Assembly: GCF_009914755.1 (NCBI RefSeq)
Contig: NC_060934.1
DNA: 64,000 bases
DNA from: the human T2T-CHM13v2.0 reference genome, Homo sapiens
Direction: 5' to 3' (one strand)
Shown here: positions 46,641-64,000 of the stretch, one piece after another
How positions within the stretch are numbered: the stretch's first letter is position 1
Layout: each line of letters starts with the position of its first letter
The notes under the pieces: model-generated
Told to the model about the DNA's origin: nothing
The model's database searches: none
The model's input: only the letters and a program-made list of their open reading frames with translations
Program-made: the position numbers and the translations under genes

Positions 46641-48936
46641 TGCTTCTCAAATTGTCTGAACCCACAGCCCCTCTGTTAAACTGAATCACTTGTTCCAGCC
46701 TCCCTCCTCCTGGAGCTGAGAGATAGTCCAGGGGAGGCCAGGCTAGAAGCCTAGCTGAGGACCACCACACACTAACACACGCAGCAGCCCCTCCACACCA
46801 ACAGTGTACCTCACCTCAACCCTCTACCAGAGTGAGCTCCTTCCCCATCGAGTACAGGGTGTGGTGTTTAAATGATTTCCTCCAAAACCGAGAGGGGTTT
46901 TCTGGAGGAGCTTCACTCTAGGAGTATATTTTTCCTTCTACCACGCTCCTCAACTCCTAAAGCAAGTAGATCTATGGCCCATTTGCCCTGGAATCTCAAG
47001 AGCTTTGCTCCTTGCTCTCAGGTCCCTGGCGCAGTTGTTCACTATTCTCCCATTCTATGCCATTTTACGAAAATCCTTCCTCCAAGTTCACCACCCTCTC
47101 AAGGCCACAGCAGCTTACAGGCAGATTCTGAACATGGAGGATTGCACAATCATCTTGAAAGTGAACACCATCCACAGCTCACTTCTAGCCACAGAGTTCT
47201 ATAGCTTCCCCTGGAAAGAGAAGAAGAATAAGGAAAGATCTTCTAACTTGGGAACCCTAAAGGGAAGAGAGGGGCCAAAAAGCCTACACTAGCACCTAAA
47301 TTCAAACCAAACATACAATTGGGATGAAAAGATACAATTATTTTCATAATGTTTCATAATAAGATTTCTAATCCAAAGTCTAAGCTTTCTTCCTATCTCC
47401 TCAAACTTTTTCATCCCCCTTTTGTAAGTCCACAATTTGAAGAATTGAAGCCAGGGGGCAGGACAAATGAATTCTACAACATAGGGCAGACACTCAAGTT
47501 TCCTCTACATACTTCATAAATCTTGTCATCTGCTTTCCTAGCTCTGCTTCATAGTTGTCTTTGTGGGGTTTTATAGACCCATAATACTTTGGAATAAGAG
47601 AATGAAATATCCAGGATCTCATCTGGTACTCAGTTCAGCCCAAAGACATAAGATACACTATTTCCTGTTGATATGTGGAGAAACTGAGCCACAGAGGCAC
47701 AGAGAGTGAGGGACACAGCCAGGATTCAAAGAGCCCACCTTGTCCTGTCCCCTATCCTGAAGGGAAGCTCTCAACCAACTTTCAGATACAAAGGACCCAA
47801 ATAGTCATCTTAAAAAATTAGCTCTGGGCAAGTGACCTTCTAGAGTTGCCCGTTCTTTAATATTTGTTTCTTACTGGTAAGGTACAAAATCTGTGATCTC
47901 TTCAAGAGAGAGGCTTTGGAAGTTGAATCCCAGATAACTGAGTCATAAATTCTGCTTTCATGGCTAAGAAACCCAAAGCTTAGGAGAGACCTAGAGGTGA
48001 CATATCTTATCCAAATTAAGAATTCCTTGCAGACATTCTTTCTCTCCAAGTATCCCTCAAAACAGGGCCAACTTTAGGAGTAGTAAATGGCTGTGTTTTT
48101 GAGGAGTGACACACAAAGACCACTCATCACAAACAGGATACAATTTCCAACATTCAAAGGAACAAATCACTTGCTTCTCCAAGAACCTTTAAAATGTCTC
48201 TATCCGAGGGAAATGTCAACTGAAAAGGGGGGCTCTTGTGACTCTCCTTATCAAGCAGATGATCTTGACCTCAACCACGTGAAAACCAAAATGACCTATT
48301 GAGAGGCCACATAATTCAGTGGGAATAGCATGAGCTTAGAAGTCAGGCAGGCCTGGGTTTTAATTCTAGCACTGCCGTTTTCTAACTATATGCTTTGTAC
48401 AGGTTGCTTCAACTGTTTCAACTCCTACGACCTCCTTTGTAAAACAGGAATAACATCACAAGGCTGTAAGGAGGTGTAGTCAGTTAACATGGCTGAAGCC
48501 CCTAGCACAGTATCTGGCACCTGAGAGACCAGTATTAGGAACACATTAAAATAAACAGGCCATGTTCAACAAAATGTAAGAAACACTGAATTAGACAAAC
48601 TTAAACAGGTTTCTTGCCTTCAGAGCTTCTGGAAACCTGTGTTGTCCTAATGTGCATGGTAAATCTTCAAGAGAGGGACTATTATAGCAATTCCCAAACA
48701 TATTGGATCATAGATCTTTTTTCATGGCACTAACATAAACACTGCTGAAAAAACCAATTTGGAGCAAAACCTAATAGACCCTTAATGGACATTAATTTCC
48801 TCCTTTCTTCTCTCACCCAGACTTCTTTACCTCCTAAAACTAACATACAAATAAGACACGTTGGTCTTTGTGACTTCAGCGACATCAGAAGTGTACGTTT
48901 GGGTTTTGATATTTTAACCTTAAACTCTATCATTTA

Positions 48937-49182
<246 letters not shown>

Positions 49183-51756
49183 TTACGAATGACTGTTATT
49201 TATACTGAATTTTTAAAGATGGCTTTGAGAACCTCTCCAAAGAGCTCAATCAAAGCACTATAATTAAGTTCAGGCAAATTATGAGATTAAAATATATGGC
49301 CTTAAATAACAAGCAAAACATTTTCCTTCATTGTCATCTGGCCTACCTTTACAGTCTTTGCATTATTTCCTGTCCGATTCAGTAGATGGCACTGCAGATT
49401 GAACATAGAGAAAATCCCATAGAGTTGCTGTGGATTCATCCTTGGGTGAATACTGATTTGTTTTGTTTTGTTAACCCTCTCTAGTTTCGATGTTGTTCAT
49501 CTGCCAAGAGGGGAACTTGTGTATTTTGTGGGAGTGGGATGGGGTAAAGTAGTGTAAGTAATGATTTTCTGCCCCTACTGGAAACTCTCCCTGTGCCTCC
49601 TAACCCCTTGAAAATTGGCATTTATAGAATTCCCTAGCTCAAGAAGGCCAAACACAGGACTATCATTTGACCACCGATGTAGACCCGGCCCATATCAGAC
49701 AGTGCTAATCACCACCCCAGGCCCGTGACCAGACAGTGCTGATCAATCACAGCCACTTTTCCACTGGAGCCAAACAACATTTCTCAATTGTTTTCAATAC
49801 ACTTTTCCAAGCAACTACTATAAATCCCACAACAAAGGCACAACGATGCAATCTATTTCTAATACCTGCCGGAGAGTTCAGAGTTTTTTCAAGAGCAAAT
49901 CCTTAATAATACTCAAAGTTGTTAAGAAATGTATCCAAGCTTATCAGATGATTTTTGACAGAACCAGGACAAGAATTCAGGACTCTTGACTCTCGCAGAA
50001 GAGTTTATATTCCACCCTGACTTAATGCCCTACTGCTAAGAGTCAGACTGCTGAAGTACAGCCCCTGAGGACCAAGTTCAGATAGCCGAGTACAAAAGGT
50101 TTGTCTGGACTCTGGTGGCCCCACTCATCATTTGGAGATGGGGAGGGGAAGAACAGGCAGAAATTAAACCCAAAAACAGTTGATGGCGTCCTGTACTATT
50201 TGTGCAGGCCAATTTTGCGCTGGCCCAAGATAATCCTGCTCCATGGACCCAGAAGGGCATAGCCCTCCAGTTGCTCCTCCTTCAGGGCTGTCCACCTTCA
50301 GTTGCAAAGAATTTTTATCCATTGTTTTTTTATAAGGCAATCAGGTATCAACTATGAGTCAAATGGCAGGTCCCTTCATTAATATTGCATTTCCAGGGAC
50401 AGCTTTTTCAGCTTCTGATTTTGTGGTCTAAACGTGTTTTGGGGAAAAAAACAGGGAGAAGCTCTTAAACTATATCCTGTGACTTTTTTTCCCCGAAAAC
50501 TACTGATGATGTCAGAATGAGCATTTTCAGTTGGTTTGGGGGCATTTCTAGATGAGGTTCAGTCATAATTTTAAATATCATGCATCCAAAAGTGGTATTG
50601 CCTCCCTCAGTCTCATTCCTGATTTTCTTCTAGCAGTTGAAACTCTTAAAGGCACTGCTATTCTCCAGTCAACTCAGATTTGAAATCTGTCATTTTGAAA
50701 TCCCCCCCTTTCCTTTACCCTGTTTCCACCAATCATACTAATTCTTGTCTGTTCTGCATCTACCCCCTTTTTTTTAATGTCAGTGAAATATTTCAAGCCA
50801 ATACAAAAGGTCAAAATAATAATCTAATGGACACCCACGTACTCATCAAGTTCTGTCAAATGTTTGCATTTTGCCAAACTCCGTGGTATTTTTTTAATAA
50901 AAGTCATGTTGACAATTAAAGGCCTTGCAAATCCATCCCTGATTCCATTTATTTATTGCTTTAGCTAGCAAATATTTATCAGTCATTACTAAGTGCTAAG
51001 CCCTATTCTAGGATTGGATGCACATCAGTAAATGAAAGAAAGCCCCTAATTTCCTGGAGCTTACATGGCCCAGAAGTTACCTCCATCCCAAATTTGGTAT
51101 AAGTGGTTTCACACACATTTTCTCATTTATTCCATTTTATGTTCCAAAACAGTATACACTATTATCATGCATGTTTTCAAACTTTATCTAAAGAGCACTT
51201 TATTAACATGTAGTACATATGCTTCTTCCACTTACCTTTTTGCTTCACATGTTGATAATTATTTTGAGAGCTGTAGCTCCAGTTCATATATGTTAACTAC
51301 AGTGTTCCATTGTGTAGAACACCATTCCCTGTTGAGGAACATTTAGGTTATTTTGCAATTTTCATAAATAAAAAACATTCTGTAATGAATAAGTCCCTCT
51401 CCCCAGGATTATATTTATATGGCCTCTTTCCCACTCATTACACTTGCCAATGCCTTGTTCCTAAGAGGAGTTCAGCCAATATGTGCTCTCTTGAATATTC
51501 TTCTAGAGTTGATCAGAAGTTTATTAGTGGACCACTCTATCTTTCAGAGAGAGTGGAGATTCCTCTCCTATCTTCAGAGAAGAATTTACATAATACAAGG
51601 ATAAGAAAAAACTATCCCCATTACTAAGAGATACGGTTTTATTGGAAGAAGTATAAATAAGGTTAATTGGAGGAAAATGCCCTTTGTCTTCTTTGGCACA
51701 AACTTCCTTGAGTCCAGCACTCCTTTATTCTTCTTATCAGTATAGTAGTAATATCT

Positions 51757-51935
51757 GCAATGGTCTTTCTCAACCCTGACTGCCCATTAGAAGCCCTGGG
51801 AAAACTTTAAAAAGCCTGACCCTCAGTCACTCATCATACCAATCAATTGAGAATGTCTGGAGTGGGCTCAAACATTAGTACATTTTTTAAAGTTCCTCAG
51901 ATATCTGTAACATGCAGCCAAGGTTGAGAACCATG
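51757..51935. mobile_element. MER5-like hAT element
   Basis: ttctcaaccctgactgc...gcagccaaggttgagaacca terminal inverted repeats. Confidence 0.6.
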
Positions 51936-52700
51936 GAGCTAGGGCAGGAGTGATCCTCAAATTATGGGCCCCAGCATGCTGCTGTGTGCTGAGCTCTCTG
52001 CCAAATTTTGGTCAATGTGCACAATTTATTTGCACTCTTACTAAAGATGCATGTAGTTCTCAGATTCTTAAAATGATCACCATTTAGCATTCTGTCACCA
52101 TTTGTGTAGAATGGCTTACTGCGCTGACCATGTACTTATGTAACCCCAAGGCTAAGTCCTTCCATGTTCCACTAAACTTGTGACATTTCTCTGGCATCAG
52201 TTGAATGTTGTCAATGCCTCTTACCTACAGAAGATTGAGTGCTCTTTACCCCTCTACAACATGTCACACAATTTTTTTCTTGGCTCACTGTTCTGACAGG
52301 TGCCATTATAATAGTGTGTTCCCTCTCTAGTAGTAAAAATGAATTGCACGTATTTACTGAGGTATACGGTGTTGTCCAGCCCCATGTTCTAGAACTAATA
52401 TAAGGATCTTTTTCCATCTTGAAACTTGTTCTTTATATCAGTGGTTACCTTTTAATCTCTTAAAATGTATTACCAAAAATTCAACTATTACAAATAAATC
52501 ATGAAGCTTGAAAGATTAAAAGCCACAATCTAGAGGGCTCATATTAGGTTGTGAACAGCAAAAGGGTTCAAGGAGGCTGCTTCTTCTGGTTTTAGTGTAC
52601 ATTCATGTTTCTCAAACTTAGGTCTTTCTAGGAGTTCAATGGTTATCTATAAGAAATTTATAATGTTGTATTTTGATTCCAAGCAAAGTCTAAATATTTA

Positions 52701-53523
<823 letters not shown>

Positions 53524-54503
53524 AATAAGCACACTAGGAACTATATTGAGTACTTCTTATGTGCTAGGGATGCTAAGGGTTTAACATGCATATCTCATTA
53601 ATCCTCACAAGGTTAGATAAAGTATTACATTAGAGTTGAAGAAAAAGCATAGAACACTTATTAGCTGGGCCTAAGGATGCACAGCTGATAGGTGATAAGG
53701 ATAGGACTCAAACCCAAAGTGTGTAACTCCTAGGCCCACCTTTGTAATCACTACACTATGCTATTCCTTAAACTATCACAGTTTACTGAAGAAAGAAGTG
53801 AGATGGGCTTAAAAGTAATTGATGCCTTGTGCCACGTGATGATCAACTGATGCCTTGGCATCTGCTCAAATATGAACTTCATGATAGAACAAACAGAGAA
53901 GAGTGGTGACTAGAAGTGAGTCATCAAACTCACTATAGCATAGTGGCCTCAAAAGGACTCATACAAGAGAGGTCAGGAACATAGTCACATTACAAGTGAT
54001 TTAATTTCTCTAATAGAGCTTCATGAACCACATTTAATAATTATTATTTGATTCTTACTGGTTCATAGTTGTTCGTGTATTCAGTGTTCTTTACTTATTT
54101 TTATAGTTGTGGAAGATTGATAAATAAAATGATTTATTCTTAATTTTTTCTACATACTTAACTAATATTTTAATAAGAATTTATAAGAAAATATGGGATC
54201 CATGAGGATTGTTTTTCCTTTTAACTCCAGTTCATTTATCACTCAAGTTTAAGGAACATTGATGTAGACTTAAGGACAAAGATGCACCAAACGTCCCAAA
54301 GTTCACAGAGGGTCCAGTCCTTGTCCCCAGGGCTTAGGGTCCAAAGCCCCTGTGTTTCTTGCCCAGCCTTGTGCTCTCTGTTTGGATCTAGCAACACAAA
54401 TTATCAAGGACAGCTGACTGAGCATTCAGGTTTTCCAGGAACCTATTTCACTCCCATTTTCTTACCTCTATAACTACCTAACTTGTCCATAGATCTAGCC
54501 CAC

Positions 54504-54870
54504 TGATATAGTTTAGATTTTGTCCCCACCCAAATCTCATGTCAAACTGGAGGACGGGCCTGGTGGAAAGTGACTGGATCATGGGGATGAATTTTCTTCT
54601 TGCTGTTCTTGTGACAGTGAGTTCTCACAAGTTCGATGATTTAAATGTGTGTGGTAATTCCCCCTTCTCTCTTTCTCTCTCTCCTGCCACCCTGTGAAGA
54701 CAGTGCTTGCTTCCGCTTCACCTTCCGCCATGATTGTTAAGTTTCCTGAGGCCTTCCAGTCATGCTTCCTGTACAGCCTGCAGAACTCTGAGTCAATTAA
54801 ACCTCTTTTCTTCATAAATTACCCAGTCTCAGGTAGTTCTCTTTAGCAGTGTGAGAACAGACTAATATAC
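54504..54870 (+). mobile_element. MaLR LTR (MSTA-like)
   Basis: tgatatagtttag...caaatctcatg...aattaaacctcttttc...gaacagactaatatac. Confidence 0.85.
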
Positions 54871-54907
54871 CCACCATCACAGGTGACCATACTTTAAATG
54901 AACATCC

Positions 54908-57040
<2,133 letters not shown>

Positions 57041-57041
57041 T

Positions 57042-57350
57042 GTAACTGCCCAGTGGGTTCACCTTGCCCGCTGCCTAGACAGAGCAGATTTATCAAGATA
57101 TGGGAGTTGCAGTGGAGAAAAAGTAATTCATGCAGAACCAGTTGTGCAGGAGACCAGAGTTTTATTATGACTCAAATCAGTCTCCCTGAGCATTCAGGAA
57201 TCAGAGTTTTTAAAGATTATTTGGTGGGTAGGGGCTTGAGAATTGGGGAGTGCTGACTGGTCTGATTGGAGATGAAATCATAAGGGGTCAAAGTGAATTT
57301 TTCTTGCTGTCTTCTGTTCCTGTGTGTGATGGCAGAACTGGTTGAGTATT
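57042..57350 (-). mobile_element. ERV1 LTR fragment (LTR8-like)
   Basis: tgtaactgcccagtgggttcaccttgcccgctgcctagacagagc. Confidence 0.65.
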
Positions 57351-57980
57351 CTTGCCAAAAGAAAAAAAATTGACCTGAATTTAATCAAACTGTTAGATCT
57401 AGCTAATATGTAAAGGAAACAGCAAGGATAGAAGAAGAAGTTAAAATACACCATGAATAAACAATTGGTCAGAAGAAGCAATGGGAAAATCTACTGGATA
57501 AACAACAGGATTTCCTTAACAAAAAAAGGCATGAAGGAAGAGATCATGAGAAATGTTATATATTAAGAGTGACATAAGAGACAAACCAAATGCTATGTAT
57601 GGAACTTGTCTGCACTCTGGTTAAACAAATCCAGTGTAAAAGACATTTTTTTAGATAATCATGGAAATTCGACCACAGACTGGGTATTGGATGATGTTAG
57701 GGGGTTATTGTTAACTTTGTCAGACATGAGAATGACCCTGTAGTTAAGATTTTTTTAAGTCGTTATCTGTTAGAAAAATATACCAAGGTATTTACAGGGT
57801 AAATACTCTCCAGCTCAACCTCCCTCTCCATTCCAGAGAATGGTGAGGAGACAGATGAAACAACATTAGCAAAATGTTGGTACCTTCTGAAGTCGGACAA
57901 TGGGGTAGGTGGAGTATCATCAAACTATTCCCTCTAGCTGCTTGTATGTTTCAAAATTTCCATGATAAAAGGATTTTTTA
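57350..57980 (+). mobile_element. Old L1 3' UTR fragment (L1MC/ME-like)
   Basis: gactgggtattggatgatgttagg...aggtatttacaggg...tttccatgataaaa. Confidence 0.55.
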
Positions 57981-58409
57981 AGGTCTCAGAATACTCAATG
58001 ACAGTCTAAGGTTGGAATCACAGTGGAATTCTCACGATGCGCCTCCCATGGTAGAGGCACAGCAAGAGTAATATGTATGGAAGGGGATCCTCAGGTTCCC
58101 CTTGGCAGGCTTCATATTCCCCAGCAAGGAGGAAACATGATATTTCCACAGGACCCCACTACATTTTCTGCTAAAAGGTGGACACTGTTTAAAGAAAATA
58201 AAAAGCCCCTCAAAGATTGGAAGATCTCTCTTCAATAGGGTCTGTAAAGCATTCTCTATTCATAAACGCATTTCCTGAAATAGAACATATTCACATATTT
58301 AAATGTAAAGTGAATCACTTACAGAAAACACTGTTATTACTTTCTGCAATGCCTTTCTACAATCTGAATACAACTGTCTTCTGCCTTAATTTAAAACTAG
58401 GCCTACCAT

Positions 58410-58708
58410 TTTTTTTTTTATTTTTTGAGACGGAGTCTCTCTCTTTCACCCAGGCCTGACTGCAGTGGCACTATCTCCGCTCACTGCAAGCTCCGCCTCC
58501 TGGGTTCACGCCATTCTCCTGCCTCAGCCTCTTGAGTAGCTGGGACTACAGGCGCCGGCCACCGCGCCCGGCTAATTTTTTTGTAGTTTTAGTAGAGACG
58601 GGGTTTCACCGTGTTAGCCAGGATGGTCTCGATCTCCTGACCTCATGATCCACCCGCCTCGGCCTCCCAAAGTGCTGGGATTACAGGCGTGAACCACCGC
58701 GCCTGGCC
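58410..58708 (-). mobile_element. Young AluY (AluYe-like)
   Basis: Perfect 12-bp TSD taggcctaccat; sense strand reads gagatagtgccactgcagtcaggcctgggtgaaagag. Confidence 0.93.
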
Positions 58709-59266
58709 TAGGCCTACCATATTTTTAAAAGTACAGCACAATTCCTTTCTGGTTTTGCCTCCATGTAAACAGAAAGAAGGACTATACACTGACATTTCCC
58801 CTATTTGCTGCAGAGCTTATAGTACTTGCATAATAAATTAGAGAGGAAAAAGACCAACTCAGTTCAACTGCAACTGAGAAGAAACATGCATAGTGATACT
58901 TATCCTGATTCTGTCAACTTGTAAATATGTATAATAGATATTCAGACTTACCCACAACCCATAAAAGATGAATTTCCAAAATTGCAGAATATTTATTCTC
59001 TGTAAAATTTTAGTTAGAGCTGCATCCCAGATGATTCATTTGGCATTTAATGGTATGTAAATTAGTTTTGGAATTTACTACAGTCTTTGACAATGATAGA
59101 TGACATTCACAGGCAACCAATGATAGACAAGATCACTTGCCATAAAATGACTATGTTATCCAGGAAAGTAAAGAAGAGACATAATTACTGGCCCGCTAAA
59201 CTGGAAGGCACCCAAGAATCTCTTTTAGTAGGTGACTAAAGGGGAAGACATTTAACTATTGACCAG

Positions 59267-59724
59267 TGTATTTATTTCCAAAGCCTGCCATAGCAAAGTA
59301 ACACAGATGGGGTGGCCTAAACAACAGAATTGTCTCATGATTCTGGAGGCTAGAAGTTTGAGACCAAAGTGTCAACAGTGCTGGTTCCTTCTGAGGGCTA
59401 TAAAAAAGAATCTGTTCCATGTCAGCCTCCTTGCTTCTGGTGATTGCTGGCAATCTTTGGCAATCATTTGCTTGTAGAGGCATCACTTTGATCTCTGCCT
59501 TCCTGTTCACATTTCATTCTTCCTGTATGTGTCTCTCCATGTGACATTCTTTTTTATAAAAACACCAGTCATATTGGATTACGGACCCACTTTACTCCAG
59601 TATGATGTCATCTTAATTAATCACATCTGCAATGATTTTATTTCCAAATAAGGTTGCATTCTGAGATACTGAGGGTTAGGTCTTCAACATATCATTTTGG
59701 GGATACACATTTCAACCCATAACA
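59267..59724 (-). mobile_element. MaLR LTR (MLT1-like)
   Basis: tgtatttatttcc...tttccaaataaggt..cattctgagatactg...ttcaacccataaca. Confidence 0.8.
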
Positions 59725-60133
59725 ACTCAGAGAGTCAAAAAAACAAAGAGGCCACCATACCAATTTCCACAGGTCAACTAGTAAAGACCTGCTTTCTGAT
59801 TGTATGCAAATATGTTGACATTTGTCCTAACCACAGTAGAAAAAGTATATAAATGGTAGCCTTCATAGGGCTGTAACAGGTATGCTATTTAGAATCCAGG
59901 TTCCAGATGCTTTAACAATGAGATGATACAGTGAAAAATGAGATAGAAGTTTATTTTCCTTTCAGTTAATCATCTGAGAATAAGCACTTTAGGGATGATT
60001 TAACAGCACTGAACTATTAAGGACCCTGGGATCCTTTATATTATTGCCATCTTCAACATGAAGTTTCCATCTCTGGGCTTTTGCCATCATGTTTGCCACA
60101 CACCTATTAAGAAGGAAATTAGGGCAAGGGAGT

Positions 60134-60868
<735 letters not shown>

Positions 60869-61248
60869 AGGAGTGTATGCCCATTACTTTTGAGAGTACA
60901 AGAGGAAAGTAGAACACATCACTTCTCTCATCTCATTGAACAGAACTTAGCTATATGGCTACAACCGGCTTCTAGAGGTAGCCCTGGGCTATACAAAGGC
61001 TGGGAAATACAGTCCTAATCCATGACCAGTTAAAACTATCACTGTGGAAGAATGGGAGAGCAGATTGTGGTGTGGAGTCTAATGGTCTCTTTCACAGCCA
61101 GTCAACCTAATAAAACTCCGCAACTCCTTATAATCCCCTTCCACTCTTATGAAATTGCTGTCAAGTTTCAAAGGCTTAATTCAGTCCTTATCCCTTGAAG
61201 CTTCTCTACAATGTTTGATATAATTGACCTGCTTGGAGTTCTTTCTTC

Positions 61249-61618
61249 CTGATATAGTTTGGCTCTGTGTCCCCAGCCAAATCTCACCTTGTAACCCCCA
61301 TAAATCCCACGTGTTGTGGGAGGGACCCAGTGAAAGATAATTGAATCATGGGGTCCAGTCTTTCCCACGCTGTTCTCATGTTAGTGAATAAGTCTCACAA
61401 GATCTGATGGTTTTAAAAATGGGAGTTTCCCTGCACAAGCTCTCTCTCTTTGCCTGCTGCCATCCACATAAGATGTGACTTGCTCCTCCCTGCCTTCTGC
61501 CATGATTATGAGGCTTCCCCAGCCACGTGGAACTGTAAGTCCATTAAACCTCTTTCTTTTGTAAATTGCCCAGTCTTGGGTATGTCTTTATCAGCATCGT
61601 GAAAACGGACTAATACAC
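61249..61618 (+). mobile_element. MaLR LTR (THE1-like solo LTR)
   Basis: tgatatagtttggctctgtgtcccc...ccattaaacctctttc...gaaaacggactaataca. Confidence 0.88.
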
Positions 61619-62719
61619 TGCCCCTTCTCCTAATTCTTCTAATTGTTTCTTCTTAGTAATATTACTTTCTGGCCCTGCTTCTGTTCATCTTCCTTAAAGT
61701 AAGTGGTTCCAAAAGGCCTGTCATCCGAATCTCTTTTCTCTTTCTTATATGCCCTCCCTTTTGCAAAGTCATCAACTTTCTTGATTTCAACCATCAGTTT
61801 GAAGTTTGATGCTTCCCATATATCTGATCTGTTGCCCTACTTTCTCTCCAGTGTCTCTACTCCACATTTCCCACTGTGTGCTGGACTTTGCTATATCTTG
61901 TCAAAGTCTCAGACATCCAAAACTAGATTTACCATCATCTCTCTGAAATCTGTTTCCTTTTACCTTGGCTCTTGTTTATAGCATTACTATAACCCAAATG
62001 TTATAGAGTTTGGGTTGTTGTAACTGTCTTCTCCCTACCTTATCCAGTCAATGAGTATATTGTGTCCATTGTAACTCTGGAGTTTTATACACCCACACCT
62101 TTCTGACCTGTTCCTAAAGCCATTGTTCTTGTTCTTGTTCTGACTTCATTACCTCTTAGTCTAGACCATTCTACTAATTTCTCTCCTCATTCTAACTCTT
62201 CCTACACTAATATCGGGGATGCCAAAGCACAACTTTGAAAAAGATCAGGGAAAGCATAGTCATTGTGGCTGACCATGATACCAGTCTCAATGGTAGAACT
62301 TTTTAGTTCCTACAATTTTCCAGATACTTACATGCAATATCTCATATAATACTCAGTAACACCTAACTAAATTAACAGCTAAGTAAATTAAGTGCATACA
62401 TACACCAGGCACTGTGCCAAGAACTGTACCTTATTTTAATCTCACAACCTAAAAAGGTAAGTACTATTATTGTTCTCTTTTTGTATACTAAGCAACTGAG
62501 AGGAAGAAACAAAGGCTTTACAAAACTGAGTAATTTACTCACGGTCTGATATTGGTTAAATGGTGAAACTAGGATTTGAACCAGTTAGTTTCCAAAATAC
62601 CCTCTCATAAACATTAACTTAACCTCATAGCAATGATAGAAGGTCATTATTACTATTATTATTTCATAAACCAAGGAAATTAAGTAATCTTAAATTGACA
62701 AGACTTCAAAGCCCAAGTT

Positions 62720-64000
<1,281 letters not shown>

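Overview
This is primate, almost certainly human, genomic DNA, not a microbial window. 1-~18.8 kb holds the last ten coding exons and 3' UTR of a WASH complex subunit 2 gene (FAM21 family) on the + strand. These exons splice with GT-AG sites into 627 uninterrupted codons carrying LFa retromer-binding repeats and the CPI capping-protein motif. WASHC2A at 10q11.2 is the most likely paralog, but that assignment is not certain. At ~35.5-37.5 kb lies a 5'-truncated, intronless, disabled processed pseudogene of SLC9A3 (NHE3), joined directly to a ~0.9 kb purine-rich complex repeat resembling REP522. The rest is mostly transposon-derived: about 24 Alus, old and young L1s, MaLR/ERVL/ERV1 LTRs, a decayed ERVL provirus and hAT MERs, often nested. 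I found no CRISPR array, RNA gene or clearly new multi-gene system. The most testable ideas are: a stop-free circRNA from two phase-0 exons flanked by inverted Alus; a regenerated splice donor at one exon junction; a CpG-retaining tail of the pseudogene; and the pseudogene/REP522-like junction. Repeat subfamily names come from recalled consensus sequences, repeat boundaries are approximate, and both need RepeatMasker/Dfam confirmation.
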